DNA of 64,000 nucleotides, taken from contig LDIY01000042.1 of assembly GCA_001468865.1 (NCBI GenBank), positions 22,066-86,065 of the forward strand, written 5' to 3'. This DNA comes from a candidate division TM6 bacterium SOIL31 (GTDB lineage Bacteria; Babelota; Babeliae; Babelales; Vermiphilaceae). Below the pieces are notes generated by a model. The model was not told the origin of the DNA, did no database searches, and saw nothing but the letters and a program-made list of their open reading frames with translations. Below, piece by piece: positions 20,414 through 29,025 of this stretch. Numbering within the stretch: position 1 is the stretch's first letter; every line of letters starts with the position of its first letter. The position numbers and the translations under genes are program-made.

Positions 20414-20502
20414 GAGCTCGTATCCTTCGACAAGCTCAGGACGAACGGGATTAGAAATTTTCTTTCTACGTTCGTGGTGAGCCCGTCGAACCATACGAAC
20501 TC
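20414..20502. mobile_element. MITE-like inverted-repeat element with 10-bp target-site duplication
   Basis: Arms GAGCTCGTATCCTTCGACAAGCTCAGGACGAACGGGA and ACGTTCGTGGTGAGCCCGTCGAACCATACGAACTC. Flanked by identical ATATTTTTTT at 20404-20413 and 20503-20512. Confidence 0.8.
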
Positions 20503-20510
20503 ATATTTTT

Positions 20511-21638
20511 TTAAATCCCTATCCCACGTTTCTTTAAACTTTTCCTCGAAATAGATTGGGTATGGTTCCGTTCCATGCCCATTTTTTGTAAGAAATGGTA
20601 AAAAAATTCTCGATCAGGCCCTTTCACCACCGCCTGCTCATGAGCTTCTGCCAACACCACCGGATACCCGCCACCTTTGATACATTGATCAATCACTATT
20701 TGGGCAATCAGATCAACCGCAGACGCATCTTGTGCTATCCATGCCGGAATTTCTACTCTTCCAATCTCATTACCCGTATGCAGATAAAAGAAAAACGGCC
20801 TCAGGTGCGCCGGATAATAAACACTAATAGTACTATGATTACTAAAGACAATAGAACGCGTACATGGTGCCAACACGCTATTCATAATCCCACTATCAAT
20901 AACATTATCTACCGATTCATAAAGCTCTTTTTTATCAACATCAAAATTGCATAAATATAATCGCACCAAACTCATCAGCTCTTTACTCTTAGGCATACTG
21001 ATATACCAGCATATAGGTATTTTTTCATGATAAAGTTCATCTAATAGGGTAAGATAGGCGTTCAAAAATTGATCTCTGAGATGCGTTTCTTTGGATGAAA
21101 GGTGCCAAAATATAAGCGATCCATCAAAAAGCAATAATTGTGCTACGGCGCTATATTCATTTCGTATCTTTTTTCCCAATTCAAGACCCGCGCGCAATTC
21201 AAGTTCTTGTCGCTTACAATTGACCCCATCGGTAGTAAATGGCTGCTGATTTTCATCAAGTCCTGCAAAAACCGTTGGATCTGAAAAAAGCTCTACGCGT
21301 TTATTTTCTATGCCATATGGCAGCACAACAGAACCAGTATTAATCAAGCAACACGAAAGAACATTGTGACGATCGGGATAAATCTGAGACCCATCAACAG
21401 AAAGAGCTACATACGCAAACGCAACTTTTTCGATCGAAAGGGTTGCATCAAGATCATCTTGCCATAATGGGACAGGCCAGGGAGCGTTATGAACTTGGCG
21501 TACTTTATATAAAAAGGTGGAATCGGCGATAATGGACTGCCAAACATCCCGGGCAAGATGATATGAAGGGCTAGGATCAGCAAATAGTTGTCCGGCGACT
21601 TTTTGAAGTTCGATAAGTAGTTTGAGTCGATCGAGCAT
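20511..21638 (-). CDS. NurA-like nuclease domain protein
   Basis: LSVDGSQIYPDRH, LLFDGSLIFW, IGRVEIPAWI and GGGYPVVLAEAHEQAVV resemble bacterial NurA signatures. Confidence 0.55.
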   Translation of the reverse strand: MLDRLKLLIELQKVAGQLFADPSPSYHLARDVWQSIIADSTFLYKVRQVHNAPWPVPLWQDDLDATLSIEKVAFAYVALSVDGSQIYPDRHNVLSCCLINTGSVVLPYGIENKRVELFSDPTVFAGLDENQQPFTTDGVNCKRQELELRAGLELGKKIRNEYSAVAQLLLFDGSLIFWHLSSKETHLRDQFLNAYLTLLDELYHEKIPICWYISMPKSKELMSLVRLYLCNFDVDKKELYESVDNVIDSGIMNSVLAPCTRSIVFSNHSTISVYYPAHLRPFFFYLHTGNEIGRVEIPAWIAQDASAVDLIAQIVIDQCIKGGGYPVVLAEAHEQAVVKGPDREFFYHFLQKMGMERNHTQSISRKSLKKRGIGI

Positions 21639-21649
21639 TTAACCTCATG

Positions 21650-22021
21650 TTACTGCTTATACCCCCGTATCCCATCCTGCAACGCTGTCAGTGATAATAA
21701 TCCACATAATAATCTCACAGGTCCCAGAGACATTCCTAGCATAGCAATAAGATCGTCCTTATCAAGAGCCAAAATATCTTCTAAAGACATGTCAACAACC
21801 TTTTCTGAAAGCAAAGAAGCCGCGGCTTGGCTGATAACACACCCTTTGCCCTGAAAAGCAATCTTAACCAGAGTATTATTATCCACGACTCCCCCGAAAG
21901 TTATCTCATCGCCACACGAGCTATTACGCTGCTGCGCGCTGAAATCGCATGGGACAAGAATGCCATTATTGCGGGGATTACGATAATGATCCATAAGTAT
22001 TTCTTGATAAAGATTGAGCAT
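21650..22021 (-). CDS. sufU: SufU/IscU-like Fe-S cluster scaffold
   Basis: LYQEILMDHYRNPRN, SCGDEI, GKGCVISQAAAS. ATG 22021 follows AAGGAAAA. Confidence 0.8.
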   Translation of the reverse strand: MLNLYQEILMDHYRNPRNNGILVPCDFSAQQRNSSCGDEITFGGVVDNNTLVKIAFQGKGCVISQAAASLLSEKVVDMSLEDILALDKDDLIAMLGMSLGPVRLLCGLLSLTALQDGIRGYKQ

Positions 22022-22155
22022 AGGAATTTTCCTTAAGGAATAAAAAAGCACCTCCTTAGCTTACCAAAAGCGCCTCATTCCTGCAATTTGTTGCAAACTG
22101 AAATTATGAAGTGATAAAATAAGGTTTAAGAAGGTGAAATATTAAAAAGGAGACG

Positions 22156-22569
22156 ATGATGAAAAAAGTATCTTTAGTTCTTTTAACTGCAGTAATTGGC
22201 TGCCTGAGCATTACCAGCCACATGAATGCTACCGATGAAATCTACCTAAAAAATGAATATGGCGCTCCTCTGACCTGTAAGTTTATGGAACCAGGACAGA
22301 ACACCCCGGCAACGAAAGAGGAGAAAATTGTGGGAAATGGGCAAAGTCTGTTTTTAATGAAGACTAGTGGATTACCAGGTATAGTCGATATTTGGATAAC
22401 AACAGGAGGAGGGGTAATGTCGATTATCAATCGCTTGGAATTACTCAGTACTCTCTCTACAATCATAAACCACAGTCAAGGCAATAAAAATACCTATGCC
22501 GTCATCACAATCAAGCCAAATCGTTGGACGTGGCAGGTAGAAACAACTTATACCAATATTAAACCATAG
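22156..22569 (+). CDS. Hypothetical exported protein (leader-Met family)
   Basis: AAAGGAG RBS. Leader ...CLSITSHM. Confidence 0.65.
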   Translation: MMKKVSLVLLTAVIGCLSITSHMNATDEIYLKNEYGAPLTCKFMEPGQNTPATKEEKIVGNGQSLFLMKTSGLPGIVDIWITTGGGVMSIINRLELLSTLSTIINHSQGNKNTYAVITIKPNRWTWQVETTYTNIKP

Positions 22570-22596
22570 TAAAAAGCCTTTTCTTGTTAGATTTAA

Positions 22597-22632
22597 CCAC
22601 CCAAAGCCGCTAAGCTTGGGTGGTTTTTATTT
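22597..22632 (+). terminator. Rho-independent terminator
   Basis: CCACCCAA-agccgctaagc-TTGGGTGG followed by TTTTTATTT. Confidence 0.75.
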
Positions 22633-22713
22633 CAAATATCTTATTTTGCCCTTTTTCTCCATACATGGTATACTGAAAATGTACCATAATGAAGCATAAA
22701 AACAGGAAATTCT

Positions 22714-23691
22714 ATGAATATGCGCCGCTATACCTATCAAATTATCATTAATCTGCTCTTAGTGACCTCTACTGTTCTTCCCCAAGATTTTATTTTTGAT
22801 TTCGGGGGCGTACTGATCCTAACGGATATGATGCAATCATTCAAAAATATAGGTCTCAGGGATGTTACTTCTTGTAGCATACAACTGGGTATCAACCCCT
22901 TATATTTGGATAAATACATAAAAACTAGGCTTTTTGAGATTATGGATAGAGTAGCCACCGTGGATACTATCCCTATGGCATATCCCTGCCATATTACTTA
23001 TGATGAAAAAGGCAATAAACTTCCGCTTCTTATGTGCGCGTGGCTTCAAGGAGCTGTAAACAGTGCCAATGCCCAATCGTTTCTTGAAAATGAAATAAAT
23101 ACCCATCCTGAATGGTTTAAGTGTGCTGCAGAAAAACGCATTATCTGTAACACGATTCGTCTTATCTTTACGCCGGAACTATTTGTCAGTTCCCGAAAAA
23201 TGTCTCCCGCATGTATCGCATTTATTAAAAAATGTAAACGAGAAGGACATCGCATCTACGGTCTTTCAAATTGGGATGCTGAATCTTTTGAATTGCTGAA
23301 AGCAAGACATGCTGAACTATTTGACCTATTTGATGGAATAGTAATCTCTGCGCATGTAAATGCAAATAAACCGCATGAGACAATCTATCATGCACTGTTG
23401 AATCGTTATGAACTTACCGCAGAAAATTGTTGGTTCATTGATGATCAGCTCGAAAATATTGAAGCTGCACAAAAACTAGGCATTAATGCCATTCAACACA
23501 CATCAACATTCAAAAATCTTATCAAAAAAATTAAGTTAGCTCATTCTAAATCGCTCACGCGTCGGGAAAATCTGAATAATAGCGGCATAAGCGATACACC
23601 AATCAACAGCAATAACATAGCGATAATTGAAGGCGAAAAGATATCTCTTACTGATTCAACTAAATATAACTGTCTGCCGGCAAAAGCATAA
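22714..23691 (+). CDS. Exported HAD-superfamily (subfamily IA-like) hydrolase
   Basis: Motif I FIFDFGGVL (YihX-like DxGxV type). NKPHETIY. WFIDDQLENIEAAQKLGI. The 3' tail overlaps the convergent gene. Confidence 0.75.
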   Translation: MNMRRYTYQIIINLLLVTSTVLPQDFIFDFGGVLILTDMMQSFKNIGLRDVTSCSIQLGINPLYLDKYIKTRLFEIMDRVATVDTIPMAYPCHITYDEKGNKLPLLMCAWLQGAVNSANAQSFLENEINTHPEWFKCAAEKRIICNTIRLIFTPELFVSSRKMSPACIAFIKKCKREGHRIYGLSNWDAESFELLKARHAELFDLFDGIVISAHVNANKPHETIYHALLNRYELTAENCWFIDDQLENIEAAQKLGINAIQHTSTFKNLIKKIKLAHSKSLTRRENLNNSGISDTPINSNNIAIIEGEKISLTDSTKYNCLPAKA

Positions 23692-24236
23692 ATAAAAATA
23701 ATCGGTATCGATCCCACGCAGGTTGTCCACACAAAGGTAAAAATAGAAACATTCGCCAACGCTGCTAACGTATTGATAATAAAGTAAGGGATAATTCCCA
23801 TCAATTGCAAGGTCAATAAATAGCTTGCCGCACCATGGGATGCTATCTTTTCATTAAAACGCTCTAATTTTTGTGCATATTTTCCCCTAATCAAATTGCT
23901 TAATAGATAGCGAATCAAAAGAAATGAAATGGTGGTACCAACTGTTGCGCTCACCGTTGCATATAAACCAGCTTGCCAAAAACCAAATAAAAAACCACCG
24001 ATCATTGTCAGTGGTGGAACTCCGGGCATAGCAAGTGCAATAACTGCCGTATATATGGCAATAAATATCGCAACTGCTTTCCAATAATTGCGTATAACCG
24101 CTTCTTCTAAATGGGTCCTATTTGATTGCATTGATGCTAACGTAAAATAGTTATGCCATCCCATATACCAAACAAATATTATTATCCCTACAATAACAAA
24201 CCCTACTACTAACGCCTTTTTTACGCCATTATTCAT
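23541..24236 (-). CDS. TVP38/TMEM64 (DedA-related) family membrane protein
   Basis: Multi-TM protein with GVPPLTMIGGFLFGFWQAGLYATVSATVGTTISFLLIRY. Confidence 0.8.
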   Translation of the reverse strand: MNNGVKKALVVGFVIVGIIIFVWYMGWHNYFTLASMQSNRTHLEEAVIRNYWKAVAIFIAIYTAVIALAMPGVPPLTMIGGFLFGFWQAGLYATVSATVGTTISFLLIRYLLSNLIRGKYAQKLERFNEKIASHGAASYLLTLQLMGIIPYFIINTLAALANVSIFTFVWTTCVGSIPIIFIYAFAGRQLYLVESVRDIFSPSIIAMLLLLIGVSLMPLLFRFSRRVSDLE

Positions 24237-24300
24237 TGTTATACACTCCCCTTTACCGGAATTAAAGCCATATAAGCATAATATACCGCATAAACATTAT

Positions 24301-26151
24301 TTATTGAAACAGGCTCTTGCTATTCTTCGTTTGTTTTTTGGTAAAGGCAACTGCTGGCGCTTCTATCTTTGGCAAGGTCTCTCCAGAACGTTGGCTCAAA
24401 ATTGAAAACACCAAACCTGGTTGTGAATTCTTAGAATACAATTGATCCTTGCTCTTTTTTTTCGATTTCAATATGGGATCAATAGAAAAATTCCTAGGAT
24501 TTGAAGTAATCAACATTGATGACGCAGGCTGTTCACAAGATGGATTAATAAATTGTTGTCCCAACAATATATCATGGGTTGCAGCATTTTGCCCCTGTAT
24601 AATTCCCAGCTTATTATACATTTGCTCGATAGCAACCCCCAAATCTCGACGCAATGTAACCATGTTTTCCGAGTTTTCGGAACGTGAATCCTGCAATGTT
24701 TGTTGCAATTCTTTAGTTCTCTTTTTCTCTTTTTTATATTTTTCTAATAAAATTTTATAATTTTCTTGAGTCTTACGTAATAACTCCTCATGATTAGCTT
24801 GAATTGTTATCTGCATCGTATCAGTTTTTTCTTCTATAGCCGTTATCCGTTGATTCACGGCATGCATTTGATCAAAAACTGAATTGAGAGAAGATTGAAC
24901 TACTGCATGCGCCTTATTCACTTCTGTAACATGCTTGCCAAAATCAGTAGTACTTTTTTCATGCGCTGATATTATTTGTTCCAATGATTTTAATTTTAAC
25001 GCATCTTTTGCAGAAAGTTCTTTAAGTTTTATATCTAAATTAATCAATTGCTTACCGTTTTCTTTTTGCACTCGCTGGAACGATTCCAATACCTCATTTT
25101 TCGCTTTGGCATCGTCTAATAATTTATTTATTTGTTGTTCTGTATGCTCGTTATAAACAGCAGTTTTTAAATCAATACTTTTTATTTGCTCGGTTGTTTC
25201 TTGAGCTAGGTCAACCATTTTTTGAGTAATTTGACCGGCTAAAGAATCGAATTGTTCTTTTGTTGATACAAATTTCTTAACCGCTTCTTCTAACTGTTCC
25301 GATAAGCCTCGTGTTTGTTTCAGTATTGTTTCATTTTGTGCTTCTATGCCTTGAACCCTATCGACCAATGATAATATGGTATTTGGTACATCTTTTAATT
25401 CTGCACTTAAAGTCTCTATTTTATTATCAACACCTTTTACATCGGAACCAACAAGTTTTACTTCTGCAGACACCTTTGCCGTTTCCTTCTGTATTTCTTG
25501 CGTTATTTCTTTTTGAGCACCATCAAGTTGTTTCGACAACAAAACTACTTCTGCCTTAACTGCATCAATTTTTTTCTGCGTTTTTTCATGCTGCCTTTTA
25601 TTTTCTGCTGCCATTTGACTAAAATGACCGGCAGCCAAAGTAACACCTACTCCAACGCCCCCAAGTTTTGGATATCCAAAATAATGTCCTGCATAAAGTA
25701 AAATTGCTGCTGTTACCATATACCACTTGCCACAGGAAAAATATTTTGGAAGTCCCTTTGCAAAAGGCGCAAGACTAGCCATTATTAACTGATCCCTCAA
25801 AGAAAGATCTCTTCCTGTTTTAATCAATTGATCTTTTGCCTTTTTTTTTAGCCCTTTATACTTATCGTAAGCCATTTGTTGAAGCGCACCTGTCATACCA
25901 TATGTCAAAATAAGACAAACACCAATACCTGTCACACCCAATAAAATAGCCTTAGGATTCTCCCTAATCATTGGCAAAATATCTTCTGAAATATTTGTTA
26001 ATAAAGAAGTTCCACCTTCCACAACTTCTTGAGAACTAAAAGGAACGGTATCAGGAATCGGCATATAATAGTCGGAAGATATGATAAAGGTAGCATTCAA
26101 GCACGTGGTAATTATGCATAAAGATTGAAGATATTTTTTTATATTGCTCAT
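24301..26151 (-). CDS. Membrane-anchored long coiled-coil protein
   Basis: ATG 26151 after GGGGAG. Two hydrophobic segments, one long and bilobed. About 400 aa of heptad-like Q/E/K-rich sequence. Confidence 0.7.
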   Translation of the reverse strand: MSNIKKYLQSLCIITTCLNATFIISSDYYMPIPDTVPFSSQEVVEGGTSLLTNISEDILPMIRENPKAILLGVTGIGVCLILTYGMTGALQQMAYDKYKGLKKKAKDQLIKTGRDLSLRDQLIMASLAPFAKGLPKYFSCGKWYMVTAAILLYAGHYFGYPKLGGVGVGVTLAAGHFSQMAAENKRQHEKTQKKIDAVKAEVVLLSKQLDGAQKEITQEIQKETAKVSAEVKLVGSDVKGVDNKIETLSAELKDVPNTILSLVDRVQGIEAQNETILKQTRGLSEQLEEAVKKFVSTKEQFDSLAGQITQKMVDLAQETTEQIKSIDLKTAVYNEHTEQQINKLLDDAKAKNEVLESFQRVQKENGKQLINLDIKLKELSAKDALKLKSLEQIISAHEKSTTDFGKHVTEVNKAHAVVQSSLNSVFDQMHAVNQRITAIEEKTDTMQITIQANHEELLRKTQENYKILLEKYKKEKKRTKELQQTLQDSRSENSENMVTLRRDLGVAIEQMYNKLGIIQGQNAATHDILLGQQFINPSCEQPASSMLITSNPRNFSIDPILKSKKKSKDQLYSKNSQPGLVFSILSQRSGETLPKIEAPAVAFTKKQTKNSKSLFQ

Positions 26152-26340
26152 AGATACTCCCCTGCTGCTTATTTCTTTTTTATAATTTTCTATCTGCACG
26201 TTTATACAGCATGAGTCTCTATTGTACAAAATAGTTTTAAATACGCAACTATCTCAATAAATTACTTGCATGTAAAAAACATAATAAGATACGCTGTTAA
26301 GCGAAATCATTATACACGCAATACACACAAAGGAGAAACA

Positions 26341-27186
26341 ATGCGCTTTCTTCGTTATACTTGCATATCATTTCTGTTTGTTTTTATGTGCATTACATCT
26401 GGAATAAAAAAAAGGAAGACTGTCTCTGAACAGAATAAAAAATATGTCATCCTTTTTGAGCTGACAAATGTATTAGTCAAAGAAAACCAGAAAGGATTTT
26501 CAAAAAAGGTTGGCTATGGAAATCTTGCAAGCTATACCTTAACACACTGGAAAAATCCTGGCCATCGTTGTTTAGATATGCTTGAAGCAATGAGTAAGCA
26601 TGACAGTCAAAAACCACATATTATTACTACATTTAACAAAAAAATTCTGCCTCGCTGCCTTGTAGAACTACAAGAAGGAAAAAAAACATGCGCTCAAGTA
26701 AGCGCAGAAATCCAAGAAGGAATTGAACTTCTTGATACTCAAAACTATTTCAGCAGCACCAAAGAAAAAAATCTTATGTCTACCATCATGAACATTGCTC
26801 TTGATCCAGAATTTACCACAACACTTGTGGAACCTATCAAACCTACGGTACAACTTGCGCATAAATTAAAAGCGGCAGGTCATTCCATTTATATTGTTGC
26901 AAATACTCCTGATGAATTATATAAAGCGTTCCACAAAAAACATCCGGACATCATTGATATGTTTGATGGTGTTGTTATTTCATCACATGTTAAAGCAATA
27001 AAACCCGATCCGATCATTTTTGATCATCTGATAAATACGCATAATGTAAACCCAAAAGATTGTATTATGATTGATGACCGTGAAGAAAATATAAGTGCTG
27101 CAAAGAAGTTAGGGATGCAAGTTATTATCTATGATAAAAGTTCGAGTGTGATGAGTAAGCTCAAAAGATGCGGCGTAAGATTATAA
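26341..27186 (+). CDS. Exported HAD-like paralogue with altered motif I (Asp to Glu)
   Basis: ATG 26341 after AAAGGAG. Motif I reads ILFELTNVLV. FDMFDGVVISSHVKAIKPDP and IMIDDREENISAAKKLGM parallel the 22714 gene. Confidence 0.7.
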   Translation: MRFLRYTCISFLFVFMCITSGIKKRKTVSEQNKKYVILFELTNVLVKENQKGFSKKVGYGNLASYTLTHWKNPGHRCLDMLEAMSKHDSQKPHIITTFNKKILPRCLVELQEGKKTCAQVSAEIQEGIELLDTQNYFSSTKEKNLMSTIMNIALDPEFTTTLVEPIKPTVQLAHKLKAAGHSIYIVANTPDELYKAFHKKHPDIIDMFDGVVISSHVKAIKPDPIIFDHLINTHNVNPKDCIMIDDREENISAAKKLGMQVIIYDKSSSVMSKLKRCGVRL

Positions 27187-28398
27187 AACCATCTCACGTA
27201 CCGCCCCAATAATCCGATCAACATCCTCCATTGTATTATAAAAATAAAAACTGACACGCACGGAAGCGTCATAGCCTAATTTTTTGGCAAAAGGTTGAGC
27301 GCAATGGTGCCCAGCGCGAACAGAAATGCCCCGAGAATCTAAAAATGTTGCCACGTCATGGCTGTGAATATGGTCGACAAGAAAACTCACCAAATGACCC
27401 TTTTTTTTGAGTTCTTCAATAGGGCCTAAAATTTTGACTTGCTTAATTTGAGATAATCCATCAATTAATCGCTGGCATAATTGCGCTTCATAAAGCGCAA
27501 GCGCATTAAAATCAACATGGTTATTAAGATAATCAATTGCAGCGCCTAAACCAATTGCTTGCGCTATAGGTGGAGTACCAGCCTCAAACTTATGTGGTGC
27601 TTTACGCCACGTTGCATGAATGCAATCAACATCTTCAACCATACCCCCGCCAACTTCATACGGTGAGATTGAATCATGCAAATCTTTTTTAATATATAAA
27701 ACGCCAATACCCGTTGGTCCTAATAATTTGTGTCCAGAAAATACCAGAAAATCACATCCCAGTGCATGCACATCAATTTTTTGATGTGCCACTGATTGCG
27801 CAGCATCAATAAGCGTGCGTGCACCCACCGCTTGAGCTCGCGCAATAATCGTTGCAATATCCACGAGTGTGCCAACTGCATTAGACACATGAATCACGGA
27901 AACCATTTTAGTTTTATGATTAATAATGGAATCAAGGCGAGAAAGATCAAGTGATCCATCAGGAAAAATAGGAATACATTTAATTATTGCACCTTTTTCT
28001 TGCGCAAGTCTTTGCCACGGTAACAAATTGGCATGATGTTCTAGTTCGGTGATAACAATTTCATCCCCAGGATTAATATTCTCCCTTCCCCATGTTGCAA
28101 CCACAAAATTGATTCCTGAGGTGCATCCACGAGTAAAGATAATTTCTTGGGGGCTTGCGCCGATAAATTGTGCTACTTTGTTGCGTGCATTTTCATACAT
28201 CTGCGTTGCTTGTTCTGCAAAAAGATGAATGCCACGATAAATGTTAGCATTTGTTGTGGTATAAAAATGAACAATTGCATCAATCACTGATTGTGGCTTA
28301 TGAGTTGTTGAAGCATTGTCGCACGGCGCCAACGGATATCCATTTATTTTTTGAGATAAAATCGGAAAATCTGAGCGTAATTTGTTAAAATCCATCAA
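27181..28398 (-). CDS. sufS: Cysteine desulfurase SufS
   Basis: PLP-Lys region FSGHKLLGPTGIGVLY. Active-site region RAGHHCAQP. Confidence 0.93.
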   Translation of the reverse strand: MMDFNKLRSDFPILSQKINGYPLAPCDNASTTHKPQSVIDAIVHFYTTTNANIYRGIHLFAEQATQMYENARNKVAQFIGASPQEIIFTRGCTSGINFVVATWGRENINPGDEIVITELEHHANLLPWQRLAQEKGAIIKCIPIFPDGSLDLSRLDSIINHKTKMVSVIHVSNAVGTLVDIATIIARAQAVGARTLIDAAQSVAHQKIDVHALGCDFLVFSGHKLLGPTGIGVLYIKKDLHDSISPYEVGGGMVEDVDCIHATWRKAPHKFEAGTPPIAQAIGLGAAIDYLNNHVDFNALALYEAQLCQRLIDGLSQIKQVKILGPIEELKKKGHLVSFLVDHIHSHDVATFLDSRGISVRAGHHCAQPFAKKLGYDASVRVSFYFYNTMEDVDRIIGAVREMVL

Positions 28399-29020
28399 TA
28401 AGCCTTTTTATTTTACCGTTCGTATCCCCACGGATAACATTTTCAAAAAAAGCAGTCAGCAACATCTTCTCTGCTGTTTTTTCATCAATACCACGGCACG
28501 CGGCATAAAACAACTGTTGTGCATCAAATCTGCCAACTGCACTGCCATGAAAACATTTCACGTCATTATTCAAAACTTCCAAGTTAGGCACAGAAACTGC
28601 CCGAGCACTGTTACTGAGCAAGATATTTTTATTTTCTTGAGAAGCATGCGTCCCACGTGCCTCTTTTTCCACCCGAATGGTGCCACGATACTGAACTTGT
28701 GCGCAATCTTTAAGAGCGCCTTTCATAACTAATGCGCTGCGTGTATAAGCATTATGATGATGTTGCATTGTAGTAATAGTAGCCTTATGATCCCCTGATA
28801 AAAGATAGGCACCATTAATGCGCACATCAGATTGTTTGCCACTAATGTGGCAATTAATGGTGATATCTATATCAACATCCACAATAAGTATGTACACGAT
28901 AAGCACTGCATCAGATGCAATATCAAACGAAAGATGCGCGTGGTCAGCGCTATTATCTTTATCAAAAACAAAACTGTATTCTTGTTGTTGATTTGGGTCA
29001 ACAACATATTTTTGTAACAT
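28385..29020 (-). CDS. sufD: Fe-S cluster assembly protein SufD (short form)
   Basis: C-terminal SufBD core: NNDVKCFHGSAVGRFDAQQLFYAACRGI. Confidence 0.85.
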   Translation of the reverse strand: MLQKYVVDPNQQQEYSFVFDKDNSADHAHLSFDIASDAVLIVYILIVDVDIDITINCHISGKQSDVRINGAYLLSGDHKATITTMQHHHNAYTRSALVMKGALKDCAQVQYRGTIRVEKEARGTHASQENKNILLSNSARAVSVPNLEVLNNDVKCFHGSAVGRFDAQQLFYAACRGIDEKTAEKMLLTAFFENVIRGDTNGKIKRLIDGF

Positions 29021-29025
29021 GGGAT

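Noticed and set aside
20303-20554. 83-aa ORF containing FDKLRTNG and VVSPSNH
   Set aside because: It is a translation across the MITE-like hairpin (20414-20502) and the 3' end of dnaJ. These peptides are the known signature of spurious ORFs called on this repeat type.
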